Source of the DNA: Eledone cirrhosa
Taxonomy: Eukaryota
Length of the DNA: 64,000 nucleotides
Direction: 5' to 3'
Assembly (NCBI GenBank): GCA_964016885.1
Contig: OZ024742.1
Location: 8,432,001-8,496,000, forward strand
The notes beneath the pieces are model-generated. The model made no database searches. It worked only from the letters and a program-made list of their open reading frames with translations, and was not told the DNA's origin. The translations under genes were made by a program, and so were the position numbers. Within the stretch, counting starts at the first letter, position 1. Every line of letters starts with the position of its first letter. Of the stretch, positions 27,490-44,023 are shown piece after piece.

Positions 27490-30400
27490 CACACCAGAAC
27501 ACACCTCACCACATTACACCACACTACACTACACCGCACCAGAACACAACACACCTCACTACACTACTCCACACTACATTACACTACACTACAATGCACC
27601 ACACTACAACACACCTCACTACACCATACTACACCACAACACACCTCACTACACTACACCACAACACAGCATGCCTCACTACACTACACTACACCACAGT
27701 ACATTACACTGCACTACACCACACTACATTACACTACACTACAATACACCACACTACACTATACTACACAACACTACAACACAACACACCTCACTACATT
27801 ACACCACACTACACCACACTACATTACACTACACTACACCACACTACACTACACTACACCAGAACATACCTCACTTCATTACACTACACCACACCACACC
27901 ACAACACACCTCACTACACTACACCACACTACATTACACTACACTACAATACACCACACTACACCACAACACAGCACATCTCACTACACTACACCACACT
28001 ACACCTTAATACAGCTCACCTCACTACACTACACCACACTACACTACACCATACTACACGACACTACACCACATCTTACTACACCACACTATACTACACT
28101 ATACTACAATATACCACACCACACAACACTACACCACACTATACCACACCATACTACACCACACTACACCACACCACACTTCACTACACCACTGCACACC
28201 CCACCCCACCACACTACACTACACTACACAACACTACACTATAGTACACTACACCACACCATACCATACCACACCACACTACACTACACCACACTACACT
28301 ACACCACACCACACAAAAACTACACTACACCCCCCCCCCCCACACTACACCAGAAGACACCTAACTACACTACACCATTCTACACCACACCACACTACAC
28401 CACACTACACTACACCACAACACAGCACACCTCACTACACTACAGACCACTACATTACACTATAATACAACACACCTCACTACACCACACTACACTACAC
28501 CACAACACAGCACACCATACTACACTACACTACACTACAACACAACACACCTTACTACACTACACTACACCACGCCACACCACACTACACTACACCACAC
28601 CACCCCACACTACACCAGAAGACACCTCACTCCACTATACCACTCTACACCACACCACACCACACTACAACACAGCACACCTCACTACACTACACCACAC
28701 CACACTACACCACACTACACTACACCACACTACACTACACTACACCACAACACAGCACACCTCACTACACTACACCATACTACATTACACTACAATACAA
28801 CACACCTCACTACACCACACTACACTACACTACACCACAACACAGCACAGCACACTACACTACACTACAACACAACACACCTCACTACACTACACCACAC
28901 TACGCTACACTACAACATAACACACCTCACTACACTATACTACACCACACTACAACACAACACACCTCACTACACTACACAACACTACACTACAACACAA
29001 CACACCACACTACAACACAACACACCTCACTACACTACCCCACACTTCACTACAACACACTCTACTACACTACAACACAGCACACCTCACTACACTACAC
29101 CACACTACACTACACTACAACACAGCACACCTCGCTACACTACACCACAACATTGCACGCCACACTACAATACACCTCAACACAGCACACCTAATTACAC
29201 TACACCACACTACATTAAAACACAACCCACCTTACTACACCATACTACACTACACCACACTACACCACACTACACTACACCACATTACAACACAACACAC
29301 CTCATTAGAATACACTACACCACACTATAACACAACACACCTCACTACACTACACCAAACTACACTACAACACAACACACCTCACTACACTACACCAAAC
29401 TACACTACAACACAACACACCTCACTACACTACACCACACTATACTACAGCACAACACACCTCACTACACTACACTGTAATATACCGCACTATACTACAC
29501 CACACTACAACACAACACACCTCACTACACTACACTACACTGCACTACAACACAACACACCACACCTCACTACATTACACCACACTACACTACAACACAG
29601 CAAACCTCCTTATACTACACCACAACATTGCACACCACATTACACTACACCTCAACACAGCACACCTCACTACACTACACCACACTATACTACAGCACAC
29701 CACACCTCACTACACTACACAATACTACACCGCACTATACTACACCACACTACAACACAACACACCTCACTACACTACACCACACTACACTACACTACAA
29801 CACACTCTACTACACTACAACACAGCACACCTCACTACACTACACCACACTACACTACACTACAACACAGCACACCTCGCTACACTACACCACAACATTG
29901 CACGCCACACTACAGTACATCTCAACACAGCACACCTAATTACACTACACCACACTACACTACAACACAACCCACCTCACTACACCACACTACACTACAC
30001 CACACTACACTACACCACATTACAACACAACACATTTCATTACACTACACCACACTACATTACAACACAACCCACCTCACTACACCACACTACACTAGAC
30101 CACACTACAACACACCAAACTACACTACAACACAACACACCTCACTACAATATACTACAATACAACACAACACACCTCACTACACTACACCACACTACAC
30201 TAGACCTCAGAACAGCACACCTCACTACACTACACCACACTACAACACAAGACACCTCACTACACCACACTACAACACAACACAACACACCTCACTACAC
30301 AACACCCTACTACACCACACTACAAAACAACACACCTCACTACACTACACCAAACTACACTACAACACAACGCACCTCACTACCCTATACTACAATACAA

Positions 30401-30520
30401 CACAACAAACCTCACTACACTACACCACACTACACTACACCACAACACAGCACACCTCACTACACAACACCTTACTACACCACACTACACTACACCATAC
30501 TACACCACAGAGCATCACGC
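27490..30520. repeat. Degenerate pentanucleotide array (ACACT/ACACC/ACAAC)n
   Basis: ~3 kb of 5-bp periodic sequence; the HYTTL ORFs are artefacts of it. Confidence 0.95.
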
Positions 30521-30744
30521 CAAACCGCACCAAACTAAACAACACACAACACAATTGTATTGTCATCACACAACAAAGGTCTTGGCTGCTATAAAATAAA
30601 AAGGGAGAGTTATGGAAGGGTCATGAAATTAGGGAGATGTGGGTGGGATCCTGGTCAATTCTATTAATGTCACGTGACACTTCATTACATTTTCATAGCA
30701 AAGTAATTGTTTATGATTTCGATAGTGTTGTCCAGGGTCATGTC

Positions 30745-31691
30745 GTTGGTAGAGTGTTGTGATGGTAGTGTAGTGTTGGTGGAGTACTGTTGGTGGTGTT
30801 GTGATGGTGGTATAGTGTTGGTACAGTGTTGTGATGGTGGTGTTGTGATGGTGGTGTTGTGTTAGTGGTTATATCATTGGTACAATGTTGTGATGGTGGT
30901 GTTGTGTTGGTGGTGTTGTGGTGGTGGTGATGTGTTGGTGGTGTTGTGTTGGTGGTGTTGTGATGGTGGTGTTTTGATGGTGGTGTAATGTTGATACAGT
31001 GTTGTGATGGTGGTGTAGTGTTGGTACAGTGTTGTGATGGTGGGGTAGTCTTGGTACAGTGTTGTGATGGTGGTGTAGTGTTGATACAGTGTTGTGATGG
31101 TGGTGTTGTGATGGTAGTGTTGTGTTGGTAGTGTTGTGTTGGTAGTGTTGTGTTGGTAGTGTTGTGATGGTGGTGTTGTGATGGTAGTGTTGTGTTTGTT
31201 GTGTTGGTCGTGTTGTGATGGTAGTATTGTGATGGTAGTGTTGTGATGGTAGTGTTGTGTTGGTAGTGTTGTGTTGGTAGTGTTGTGATGGTAGTGTTGT
31301 GTTGGTAGTGTTGTGTTGGTAGTGTTGTGATGGTAGTGTTGTGATGGTAGTGTTGTGATTGTAGTGTTGTGTTGGTAGTGTTTTTATTGTTCTCTTTTGG
31401 GTGGAGGGGGAGACTTCGATATGTGATGGACATCACTATGATGGAGGTCACTATGATGGAGGTCACTTTGATGGACATCACTATGATGGAGGTGACCATG
31501 ATGGAGGTCACGTGTCACAGTTTGTGGCCGTTTATTGCCTTCTTCCTGTTTCCGTTAATCAAAGGGTGATGTCTCACTTCGCTGACATGGCTTCTTCCGT
31601 TGCGTTGACGTTGGTTATGTTACTACTACTACTACTACTACTACTGCTGCTGCTGCTGTTGTTGCTATGGCTGCTGCTGCTGCTGCTGCTG

Positions 31692-31789
<98 letters not shown>

Positions 31790-31900
31790 GCTTATGATGA
31801 TGATGACGACAACGAAGACAACGACGACGACGACAATGATGATAATGACGATGGTCGTGATGGTGATGATGATGACGATGATGATGGTGAGGATGTGAGG
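30745..31900. repeat. GT-rich minisatellite, 15-bp repeats, (CTA)n/(CTG)n and (GAT)n tracts
   Basis: gtgttgtgatggtggt-like units 30745-31380; tatgatggaggtcac repeats 31430-31510; (CTA)n/(CTG)n 31620-31790. Confidence 0.9.
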
Positions 31901-32071
31901 GATAGCAGGATGTGATGTCACTGTTACTGTCTAACAATATTCCTAGGTTTACACATGTAATTGTTAGTGTCCGCACATCAACACATACACCACATATCAC
32001 CATTATATACAACTATATGTGTGTATATATGTGTATGTGTGTGTGTGTATGTGTATGTGTGTGTGTGTGTA

Positions 32072-32181
<110 letters not shown>

Positions 32182-32424
32182 TGTGTGAGTGTGTGTGTGT
32201 GTGTGAGACAACATTAAATAAAGCCATTCAATATTGTAGGTTATGGAAATGTTGATAAATTCTCGGGAGTCGTGTGTTTCTTTCAAATGTTTTCCTGTCG
32301 GAAGTTGATGTCGGTCGTTCATGCTATGTTTATTGTTAATCAGTCGGTTGATAATGTCGCTTGTCTTGACCTAGATCAATGTTATACTCTGCCTAGAATT
32401 GCTGGATACAGCTTTGCTTCATTT

Positions 32425-32602
32425 TGGCAGTATCGGTAGAGGGTCGGACGTCATGCTTTGACGCATAGAGTTACGGCTCTTTCTATTCTGAGTTCAAATC
32501 CCACCGAGGTCAACTTTGCCTTTCATCCTTACGGGGTCAATAAAATAAAGTACCAGTAATGTACTGAGTAATTGCTGGCTTTGTGCCAAAAGTAGAAACA
32601 AT
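32425..32602 (+). mobile_element. tRNA-derived SINE family A
   Basis: tggcagtatcggtagagggtcgg...gagttcaaatccc...aaagtaccagtaatg. Confidence 0.85.
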
Positions 32603-33461
32603 TATATTTCAAATAAGACTACCATGCTTATGGAAAAACTATGCGACCTTAGGTCGTGGAAGAAATTATGTACTAAGTGGAGATCGAATGATTATCCACA
32701 TCGAAATAAGGGGTGTATGCCTCCTCTCACTTAACTGAGCGATGTGTCCACTGTCCGAAGAACTCTTAGAATGAATCCTCTGGAATAGTGCTTAGCTCTG
32801 CCGTCTCTATGTGATGTCCTCTCAGCTATCAAATTAGAAGCCTTTTAGTGGTTCTACATTTTTGTGAAGTTAGAAGGAGAGTTGTCTGAAAATTAAGAAG
32901 TCTGGCGAATGAATAAAATTGTTTTCTTTGTCAAGAAAACTTCCAGTGAATATGTTGGACTGAGGTGATAATCTAGCTGCCAGTTTTTAGAGGCCCACGT
33001 AACAGGGTCTTGCGCCGAATTGCATCACAGAGACGTCGAGGGAGCTTTTCATACAATTAATTTATAATTGTTTGAGTTTCTGTTGTGTATTCCCAATGCA
33101 CAGCACCTCAGTAGTCGAAGAAAACAGTCAACTTCACCTTGACTTCACTATGCACTTGGGCCTCGAGAATGTTGGATGATTTCATTGTGATAACTTTGCC
33201 TTAGTTTCTGAGTAGCGCCCGTGGACCCAGTTGTTACTAGACTCGGGATCCTTGTTGGCAGGTTCGGACGAAATGAAATATGGTTAGTAAATAGTACAAC
33301 ACCTCGGAAGTGAGTTACATTTTAACGGTTCACTGGAGTGAACTCGAATGAAATTCGATTTCATAATTTCGATTTCATAATTTCGAGATCGATACAAAAT
33401 TACCATTCCAGTGCAGGAGTCATTTATGCTTGTATATAACTTTCTCGCTATCAGTCCCTAT

Positions 33462-33578
33462 AAAGGCGCGTAGCTTGGTGGTTATAGATTCGAATTCGCA
33501 ATCGTGAGGTTTCAAGTTCGATTCCCGAAAAAGGCGATGTGTTATGTCCTTGAACAAGACATTTTATTTTACGTTGTT
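33462..33578 (+). mobile_element. tRNA-derived SINE family B, partial
   Basis: aggcgcgtagcttggtggtt (A box)...gttcgattcc (B box)...tgtccttgaacaagacatttt. Confidence 0.7.
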
Positions 33579-34005
33579 CTTTCTGTCTGGTCATGGGACC
33601 GGTAGATAGTATCAAAGATATAAGACCACTAAAAACCTTGCTTTTTGTTCCGATTGGACAAGTTCCCCATCATTCAGTAAACGAATGAAATCTGAGGTCT
33701 TGTCTATTGATTCTTTTATCTCCCCCACCTCTCCCTCCTATTCTTTGTAAGAATAGGGTTCTGTTGCTGTTTTCAGACTTGGGAAGTGTATTATCGGCTC
33801 CGCCAGGTTCAAATATGTCCCCAAATGACGTATGTCATTTCGGCACTCCTACGACCAGCGTTAAGGGTCGAATCGGGCGTTAAGGGTCGAACCATATGTA
33901 CATAATTTCAATTGAAATCAATCTAATATACATGAGAACTACGTCCATCAGCTACATACGTGTCTATCAAATAACAATCTGCTATCTACGTTGTCATCGT
34001 CAAAA

Positions 34006-34121
<116 letters not shown>

Positions 34122-34122
34122 G

Positions 34123-34534
<412 letters not shown>

Positions 34535-34726
34535 TAAATCTACCAAGAGTTTACGGTAGTGTCCAATCCGTATGAAGAACTCAATGTAATCCGGATATCA
34601 TGGAAAGAAGAGATGCATTCAAAAATCACTTTCGGTGAAAGATAAACGGAATACAGAGTCAAGATAAAGTATTAAAAAAATAATGAATAAAACAATGAAA
34701 CAGTTCCTTATATTAAACAAAAAAAG

Positions 34727-34879
34727 TTCATTATTTAACGATCGTTTCTAGGACATATATGTGTTAGAATTGGCATGCATATTCAACAGATCTATGTACA
34801 AAATTATACAAAATTATACAAACTATCAAATCTAATATACATACCAACACATACATATGCCGTCTTCAGAAATAATGAA
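34727..34879 (-). ncRNA. Type I hammerhead ribozyme (inverted copy)
   Basis: Reverse complement of 43764-43916. Confidence 0.88.
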
Positions 34880-35234
34880 ATATATTTATTGATAATAACA
34901 ACAATTCAAAATTACAGGTCTGTTTGGGAACAGAGTTCAAATTGACCAATGAAATACACAAAAATATATCAAGAAAATACAGTTAGGTGTGTGTATATAT
35001 GTAAGTAACTTTGTTCACAGATATGCATAAGAATATATGTTCACATGTATACGCATGTCGAAAAAATGTATGCAAATACGAAAATTCAGGGCTAATGTGT
35101 CTGTATGTTTATAATCTACAGATAAAATACACATACGTATATAAACATATATACATATTCATATATACACACACATATACATACATTCACACACACACAC
35201 GCACATATACACATAAACATACACATACCCACGA

Positions 35235-35273
<39 letters not shown>

Positions 35274-35523
35274 TATGTATATATTATTATTATAACTACA
35301 TGGATATTAAGGCGCACACATAAACACTGCCACATACATTTTTACATCTATATGCAGAAGATGGTGAAGGGGGTCAGTAATTACTAAGGGTGTCAGACAA
35401 CTGCCTATTTATAAAATGTATCTATAAATTTAGAAATAAAAAGAAATATATTAAAAAAAATAAACAAATAAAATATATACTCATACATAGAATACACACT
35501 CATACATAAAATACACACCGATA

Positions 35524-35575
<52 letters not shown>

Positions 35576-36004
35576 TATATACACATATATATATATACAC
35601 ACACATACATACACACACATATATACACGCATATATACATACACATATACATAGAGACACATACACATACATATATAAATACATAGACACACATGCATAC
35701 ACACATATATATATATATATACATATATTCTCAACACACGTATATATATACACATATATGTATACACATATACACACATACATACATATACATATATACA
35801 TACACACACATATATATACACACATATATACACACATATATACATAGATATACACATACACGCACATATATATATACACACACACTCACACATATATATA
35901 CGTATATATACACACACACACACATATCCATGTATGTATATACACATACAACCACACACTCACACAACTCAGACATACATAAATAAAGAGATATACATAC
36001 ACAC

Positions 36005-36041
<37 letters not shown>

Positions 36042-36092
36042 TATATACATACACATAAATATACATACACATACACACACACACACATACAT

Positions 36093-36169
<77 letters not shown>

Positions 36170-36236
36170 CACATATATATATATACATATATATATAAAA
36201 AATAAATAAATAAATACACACAGTCATACAATTATG

Positions 36237-36278
<42 letters not shown>

Positions 36279-37646
36279 CACACATCTCTACAAATATATA
36301 TACACACATACACACGCACACATACATATATACATACACACATAAATATACATAGACATATACATACACACACATACATACACATATATATACATACATA
36401 TATATACATATACATATATATATATATATATAGACATACACACTTATTTACATGCGCACATATGTATTTTTATACTCACATACAAACACTCAAACATACA
36501 TACCTACTTACAAACACATACATACATCCACGCTTACAAATACAAATAATTATAGGGGGTGGAAGGGGATTAAAATTATTAGTGGGAAATAGTAAATAAG
36601 AATATTAATCTGCATTTAGATCATAATATGCGTTTACATAGTAGTTTTAGTATTAGGAAATGTAAAAAAAAAGGCAAAATTATGCATTTTAATATAAGTA
36701 TACTATTAATTATAGGTTAACTAAATTAAAAATAGTTAATATATTGATTTCTAAGGTGTATACTACTTAGGTTTATAATATTTAAAGCGGAATTTTGAAG
36801 TTAAACAGTAGTAGAGTATTAATTATAGCATAACTAAATTAAAAATATTAACATGATGGTATCAATATTAGGAAATGAAATTTAGTAATAGGGAAAACCA
36901 AATCAAGTATTTCATCGGTAGTAGAATATAAATTATAGGTTAACTAAATTAAAAATTATATATTAAATTCTATAGTATATGTTAATTAGGTTTATAATAA
37001 TTAAAGCAGATTTTGTATTTTATCTATAGTGGAATATAATTATAGGTTAACAAAAATTAAAATTAATATATATATATATATATATATATATTAATTGTAA
37101 AGAATATATTAATTAGGTATATATTTAAAAATTTATCTCAGTTTATGATTACATGATATTCTGCAATCTATCTGTATTAGAATTTTAATTTTAAGCTAAT
37201 TAAATTAAAATTATAGGTTAACTAAATTAAAATGAATTTATAAATAAATTTCTAAATTGTACATTAATTAGGTTTATAATATTAAAAAATATCTCTCTGT
37301 TATTGATTACACGATATTTTGTTATATTTCATCTGTAAAGGAATTTTAATAAAAGGTTAAATAAACTAAAATTAATCTATAAATTAATTTACAAAGTATA
37401 TATTAATTATGATAATAATATTTAAAAGTTTTTCACAATTTATGATTACACAATATTTTTTAATCTCATCTGTAGTAGAATTTAATTAAATTAAATTTAT
37501 AGGTTAACTACATTTAAATTAAATTATATATTAATTTCTAAAATATATATTATTAATTAGGTTTATAATATTTAAATGTTTTTCTCAGTTTATGATTACA
37601 CGATATAATTAATTCCTATCGCTTATTTAATAGGATATCCTATATA

Positions 37647-37731
<85 letters not shown>

Positions 37732-38086
37732 TCGTGGGTATGTGTATGTTTATGTGTATATGTGCGTGTGTGTGTGTGAATGTATGTATATGTGTGTGTA
37801 TATATGAATATGTATATATGTTTATATACGTATGTGTATTTTATCTGTAGATTATAAACATACAGAGACATTAGCCCTGAATTTTTGTATTTGCATACAT
37901 TTTTTCGACATGCGTATACATGTGAACATATATTCTTATGCATATCTGTGAACAAAGTTACTTACATATATACACACACCTAACTGTATTTTCTTGATAT
38001 ATTTTTGTGTATTTCATTGGTCAATTTGAACTCTGTTCCCAAACAGACCTGTAATTTTGAATTGTTGTTATTATCAATAAATATAT

Positions 38087-38239
38087 TTCATTATTTCTGA
38101 AGACGGCATATGTATGTGTTGGTATGTATATTAAATTTGATAGTTTGTATAATTTTGTATAATTTTGTACATAGATCTGTTGAATATGCATGCCAATTCT
38201 AACACATATATGTCCTAGAAACGATCGTTAAATAATGAA
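38087..38239 (+). ncRNA. Type I hammerhead ribozyme with ~114-nt stem II domain
   Basis: ttcattattt-CTGAAGA-c ggcatatgtatgtgtt...aacacatatatgtc cta-GAAA-cgatcg-TT-aaataatgaa; perfect 10-bp stem I. Confidence 0.88.
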
Positions 38240-38588
38240 CTTTTTTTGTTTAATATAAGGAACTGTTTCATTGTTTTATTCATTATTTTTTTAATACTTT
38301 ATCTTGAATCTGTATTCCGTTTATCTTTCACCGAAAGTGATTTTTGAATGCATCTCTTCTTTCCATGATATCCGGATTACATTGAGTTCTTCATACGGAT
38401 TGGACACTACCGTAAACTCTTGGTAGATCTATCTACATAATTTGCTCCTATTTTCACGGAAATATTCGTATTTTTGTACTGTATGTGTGTGTTAATTTTA
38501 TATTTATGTATATACATATATATGTATGATTTTATAACCCCATATACATTTAGTTGAGCTCTTTCTATTGTCCATCATCCATATCACA

Positions 38589-41024
38589 ATGGAAAAACAA
38601 TACTTGGGAACCTCTCTAAAGAATATACCAATACCTTCTAAGGATGACTTCTTACTCCTTATGATACAGAAAACTAACCAATTTATCAGAAGAGTTAGAT
38701 GGAGGGCCTACCACTTCGATAAAAAATCTAAATATGCAGATAGGAAATATATGTATGATTTCAATACTTACAAAAATCCACCACACAACTCTCTACTTGA
38801 AGACTTTGAGAAAGACCTTTTTAATTTAATTAAACACCTCAAATTTAAGAAGTATAAATCTGTCTTTCAAAGGGACCTTGATTCTACCCTATTGGACCTA
38901 AAAAAGTCTAAAAAAATCCATGTCCACTCGGACAAAACTGGAAACTTGTATCACATGGATATTGAGGATTATAATGAGTTCATATATAAAGAACTCAGGA
39001 AAAATTATAAAAAATCTAATAATGCGTCACTCACCAACATTAACAACAAAACACACAACATAGTAAAAAAACTAAACATTGAAGATAGAACTGAACCTTT
39101 GGCATTGAAAAGACCACACTTCAACCTGAAGGATCATAAATCAAACTTTAACTCAAATCCTCCTATAAGACTTATATGTCCCTCCAAATCTGATATTGGA
39201 ATAATTAGCAAAAAAATTTTGGATAGAGTCATCCCACAAATAAGAAAACATGTTAATTTACCACTCTGGGAAAACACTTCCCAGGTAATTAACTGGTTTA
39301 AAAATATTAAATGTAAATCTTCTGCTTCATTTCTACAATTTGATATAGATAATTACTATTCTTCTATATCACCTATACTCCTGAACAAAGCTTTGATATT
39401 TGCTAAAAATAGATCTAACTTAACTTTGGATGACATTAATATTATTACACATGCTAGACTAACACTTATTGAATTTCAGAATGAATACTGGACCAGAAAC
39501 ACATATAGTAATCTATTTGATATTACTATGGGTTCAAGCGATTCTGCCCAAATTACTGATCTTGTGGGCCTCTTTCTTCTTTTCAACATAAATGCTTCCT
39601 TTCCCCACCTTAAAGGTGGTTTATATCGTGATGACTGTCTTCTTCTTTCCAACAACCTTAGCCTCTCAGAAATAGAAAAAAACAAAAAGCTTATTAGAAC
39701 TTTCCTTAAAGACTATTATAGTCTTCATATTACTTTTGAAAACACAAGTAAAGTAGTTAATTTCCTAGATATAACTTTAGACTTAGCTACGGGTATCTAC
39801 CAACCTTACCATAAACCCAACCAAAACTTACACTACATACACTCACAATCTAATCACCCTAAATCTATCCTTAAAAACCTTGCATATAATATATCACTTA
39901 GAATTTCTAACCTTTCGTCTAACCAAGATGTATTTGATAAAAATGCGACCTTCTATAACGAAGCTCTAGATAGAAGTGGCCACAAAAATAGATTAGAATA
40001 TATACCTTCTACTAAAAATACTATAAACATACAACCTAATATTACCAACAAACACCAAATGAAAAGTACATACCTAAATGCCACCCACACTATACCCTAA
40101 AATACCAACAACTCCTCTAATATAAAGTATAGTAACTCTCAAAAAACTACTCATCATACAACTCTAATGAATGTTAATAATAAAACTCCTAATAAACAAG
40201 ATAAAACACCTAAATCAATAAATCTAACTAAAAATGTGCGTGGTGAGGTCATTAACATTAATCCTCCTAGTAAACATCACGATACAACCTATAAAAATAA
40301 TAAACAATATAGAAACCGTAATAGACGAGTTACTTGGTATAATGCTCCATTTAATTTACAAATTAAGGATAATATTGGTAAAAAAATTTTTTATATCTTA
40401 GAGAAAAACTTCTCGCCAAACCACAAATACCATCAACTCTTAAATAGGTCAACAGTTAAATTCTCATATTCAACAACCAAAAATATAAAACAAAATATAA
40501 GTGCCTATAATGCATATAAATGTAAAAATACCATAAGTATACCACCAATACATCAAACTAACCATAATATCTCCTCAAATACAGAATTAACGAAAGGTTG
40601 TAACTGTAGAAACAAAGCAAACTGCCCATTAAAAGGAAATTGTCTTGTTAACAACATAGTTTATAAATGTAAAGTTAAAACTAAAGATTCTATTTGCTCA
40701 TATATAGGAGCTACTTCTAACAATTTTAAGGTAAGGTTTAATACCCACAAACATAGTTTTAAAAATGCCGCACTGGCTAATACAACATCTCTAGCAGAAA
40801 AAATTAATAGTTATAGAAATAAGAATATAGAATATGATATGACCTGGAGTGTGCTCAAAAGAGCCACCCCTTATCAAAATAATAGAAATGAATGTAGATT
40901 ATGTTCCCAAGAACTATTTGAAATAATGAAATCTAAGGATATCCTATTAAATAAGCGACAGGAATTAATTATATCGTGTAATCATAAACTGAGAAAAACA
41001 TTTAAATATTATAAACCTAATTAA
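38589..41024 (+). CDS. PLE reverse transcriptase / GIY-YIG endonuclease (~810 codons) with one in-frame TAA at 40098-40100
   Basis: SDKTGN, LKDHK, RLICPSKSDIG, QFDIDNYYSSI, FDITMGSSDSAQITDLVG, GLYRDD, NFLDITLDL, SNHP; endonuclease CNCR..CPL..C..IVYKC..YIGAT..FKVR..H..CRLC..LNKRQEL..CNH; both track ORFs share a frame and 40101-40166 is open. Confidence 0.92.
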
Positions 41025-41483
41025 TAATATATATTTTAGAAATTAATATATAATTTAATTTAAATGTAGTTAACCTATAAATTTAATTTAATTAAATTCT
41101 ACTACAGATGAGATTAAAAAATATTGTGTAATCATAAATTGTGAAAAACTTTTAAATATTATTATCATAATTAATATATACTTTGTAAATTAATTTATAG
41201 ATTAATTTTAGTTTGTTTAACCTTTTATTAAAATTCCTTTACAGATGAAATATAACAAAATATCGTGTAATCAATAACAGAGAGATATTTTTTAATATTA
41301 TAAACCTAATTAATGTACAATTTAGAAATTTATTTATAAATTAATTTTAATTTAGTTAACCTATAATTTTAATTTAATTAGCTTAAAATTAAAATTCTAA
41401 TACAGATAGATTGCAGAATATCATGTAATCATAAACTGAGATAAATTTTTAAATATATACCTAATTAATATATTCTTTACAAT

Positions 41484-41610
<127 letters not shown>

Positions 41611-42397
41611 TTTAATTTTTGTTAACCTATAATTATATTCCACTATAGATACAATACAAAATCTGCTTTAATTATTATAAACCTAATTAACATATACTAT
41701 AGAATTTAATATATAATTTTTAATTTAGTTAACCTATAATTTATATTCTACTACCGATGAAATACTTGATTTGGTTTTCCCTATTACTAAATTCATTTCC
41801 TAATATTGATACCATAATGTTAATATTTTTAATTTAGTTATGCTATAATTAACACTCTACTACTGTTTAACTTCAAAATTCCGCTTTAAATATTATAAAC
41901 CTAAGTAGTATACACCTTAGAAATCAATATATTAACTATTTTTAATTTAGTTAACCTATAATTAATAGTATACTTATATTAAAATGCATAATTTTGCCTT
42001 TTTTCTTACATTTCCTAATACTAAAACTACTATGTAAACACATATTATGATCTAAATGCAGATTAATATTCTTATTTACTATTTCCCACTAATAATTTTA
42101 ATCCCCCCCCCATAATTATTTGTATTTGTAAGCGTGGATGTATGTATGTGTTTGTAAGTAGGTATGTATGTTTGAGTGTTTGTATGTGAGTATAAAAATA
42201 CATATGTGCGCATGTAAATAAGTGTGTATGTCTATATATATATATATATGTATATTTATATATATGTGTATATATATGTATGTATATATATGTGTATGTA
42301 TGTGTGTGTGTGTATATGTCTATGTATATTTATGTGTGTATGTATATATGTATGTGTGCCTGTGTATGTGTGTATATATATTTGTAGAGATGTGTGT

Positions 42398-42428
<31 letters not shown>

Positions 42429-42495
42429 CATAATTGTATGACTGTGTGTATTTCTTTATTTTTGTTTTCTTTATATATATGTATATATATATGTG

Positions 42496-42578
<83 letters not shown>

Positions 42579-42631
42579 ATGTATGTGTGTGTGTGTGTAT
42601 GTGTATGTATATTTATGTGTATGTATATATC

Positions 42632-42662
<31 letters not shown>

Positions 42663-43097
42663 GTGAGTATGTATATCTCTTTATTTATGTATGTCTGAGT
42701 TGTGTGAGTGTGTGGTTGTATGTGTATATACATACATGGATATGTGTGTGTGTGTGTGTATATATACGTATATATATGTGTGATTGTGTGTATATATATA
42801 TGTGCGTGTATGTGTATATATATGTATATATGTGTGTATATATGTGTGTATATATATGTGTGTGTATGTATATATGTATATGTATGTATGTGTGTATATG
42901 TGTATACATATATGTGTATATATATACGTGTGTTGAGAATATATGTATATATATATATATGTGTGTGTATGCATGTGTGTCTATGTATTTATATATGTAT
43001 GTGTATGTGTCTCTATGTATATGTGTATGTATATATGCGTGTATATATGTGTGTGTATGTATGTGTGTGTATATATATATATGTGTATATATATATG

Positions 43098-43133
<36 letters not shown>

Positions 43134-43763
43134 TCGGTGTGTATTTTATGTATGAGTGTGTATTCTATGTATGAGTATATATTTTATTTGTTTATTTTTT
43201 AAAATATATTTCATTTTATTTCTAAATTTATAGATACATTTTATAAATAGGCAGTTGTCTGACACCCTTAGTAATTACTGACCCCCTTCACCATCTTCTG
43301 CATATAGATGTAAAAATGTATGTGGCAGTGTTTTTGTGTACGCCTTAATGTCCATGTAGTTATAATAATAATATATACATATGTGAGTGTGTGTGTGTGT
43401 GTGTATGTTCGTGGGTATGTGTTTGTTTATGTGTATATGTGCGTGTGTGTGTGTGAATGTATGTATATGTGTGTGTATATATGAATATGTATATATGTTT
43501 ATATACGTATGTGTATTTTATCTGTAGATTATAAACATACAGAGACATTAGCCCTGAATTTTTGTATTTGCATACATTTTTTCGACATGCGTATACATGT
43601 GAACATATATTCTTATGCATATCTGTGAACAAAGTTACTTACATATATACACACACCTAACTGTATTTTCTTGATATATTTTTGTGTATTTCATTGGTCA
43701 ATTTGAACTCTGTTCCCAAACAGACCTGTAATTTTGAATTGTTGTTATTATCAATAAATATAT

Positions 43764-43916
43764 TTCATTATTTCTGAAGACGGCATATGTATGTGTTGGT
43801 ATGTATATTAGATTTGATAGTTTGTATAATTTTGTATAATTTTGTACATAGATCTGTTGAATATGCATGCCAATTCTAACACATGTATGTCCTAGAAACG
43901 ATCGTTAAATAATGAA
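43764..43916 (+). ncRNA. Type I hammerhead ribozyme (3' pseudo-LTR copy)
   Basis: Same as 38087-38239, shifted by 5677 nt. Confidence 0.88.
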
Positions 43917-43972
43917 CTTTTTTTGTTTAATATAAGGAACTGTTTCATTGTTTTATTCATTATTTTTTTAAT

Positions 43973-44018
<46 letters not shown>

Positions 44019-44023
<5 letters not shown>

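Noticed and set aside
27475-29939. 481-aa and other His/Thr-rich ORFs
   Set aside because: Translation of the pentanucleotide array; open in several frames
31401-31921. Hydrophobic or poly-Ser ORFs resembling a membrane-protein exon
   Set aside because: Made of trinucleotide repeats; a GTGAGA donor-like site on the minus strand (~31572) is not enough evidence
32620-33420. Possible decayed LINE RT on the minus strand (KAP, TIPED)
   Set aside because: Too degenerate to support by eye
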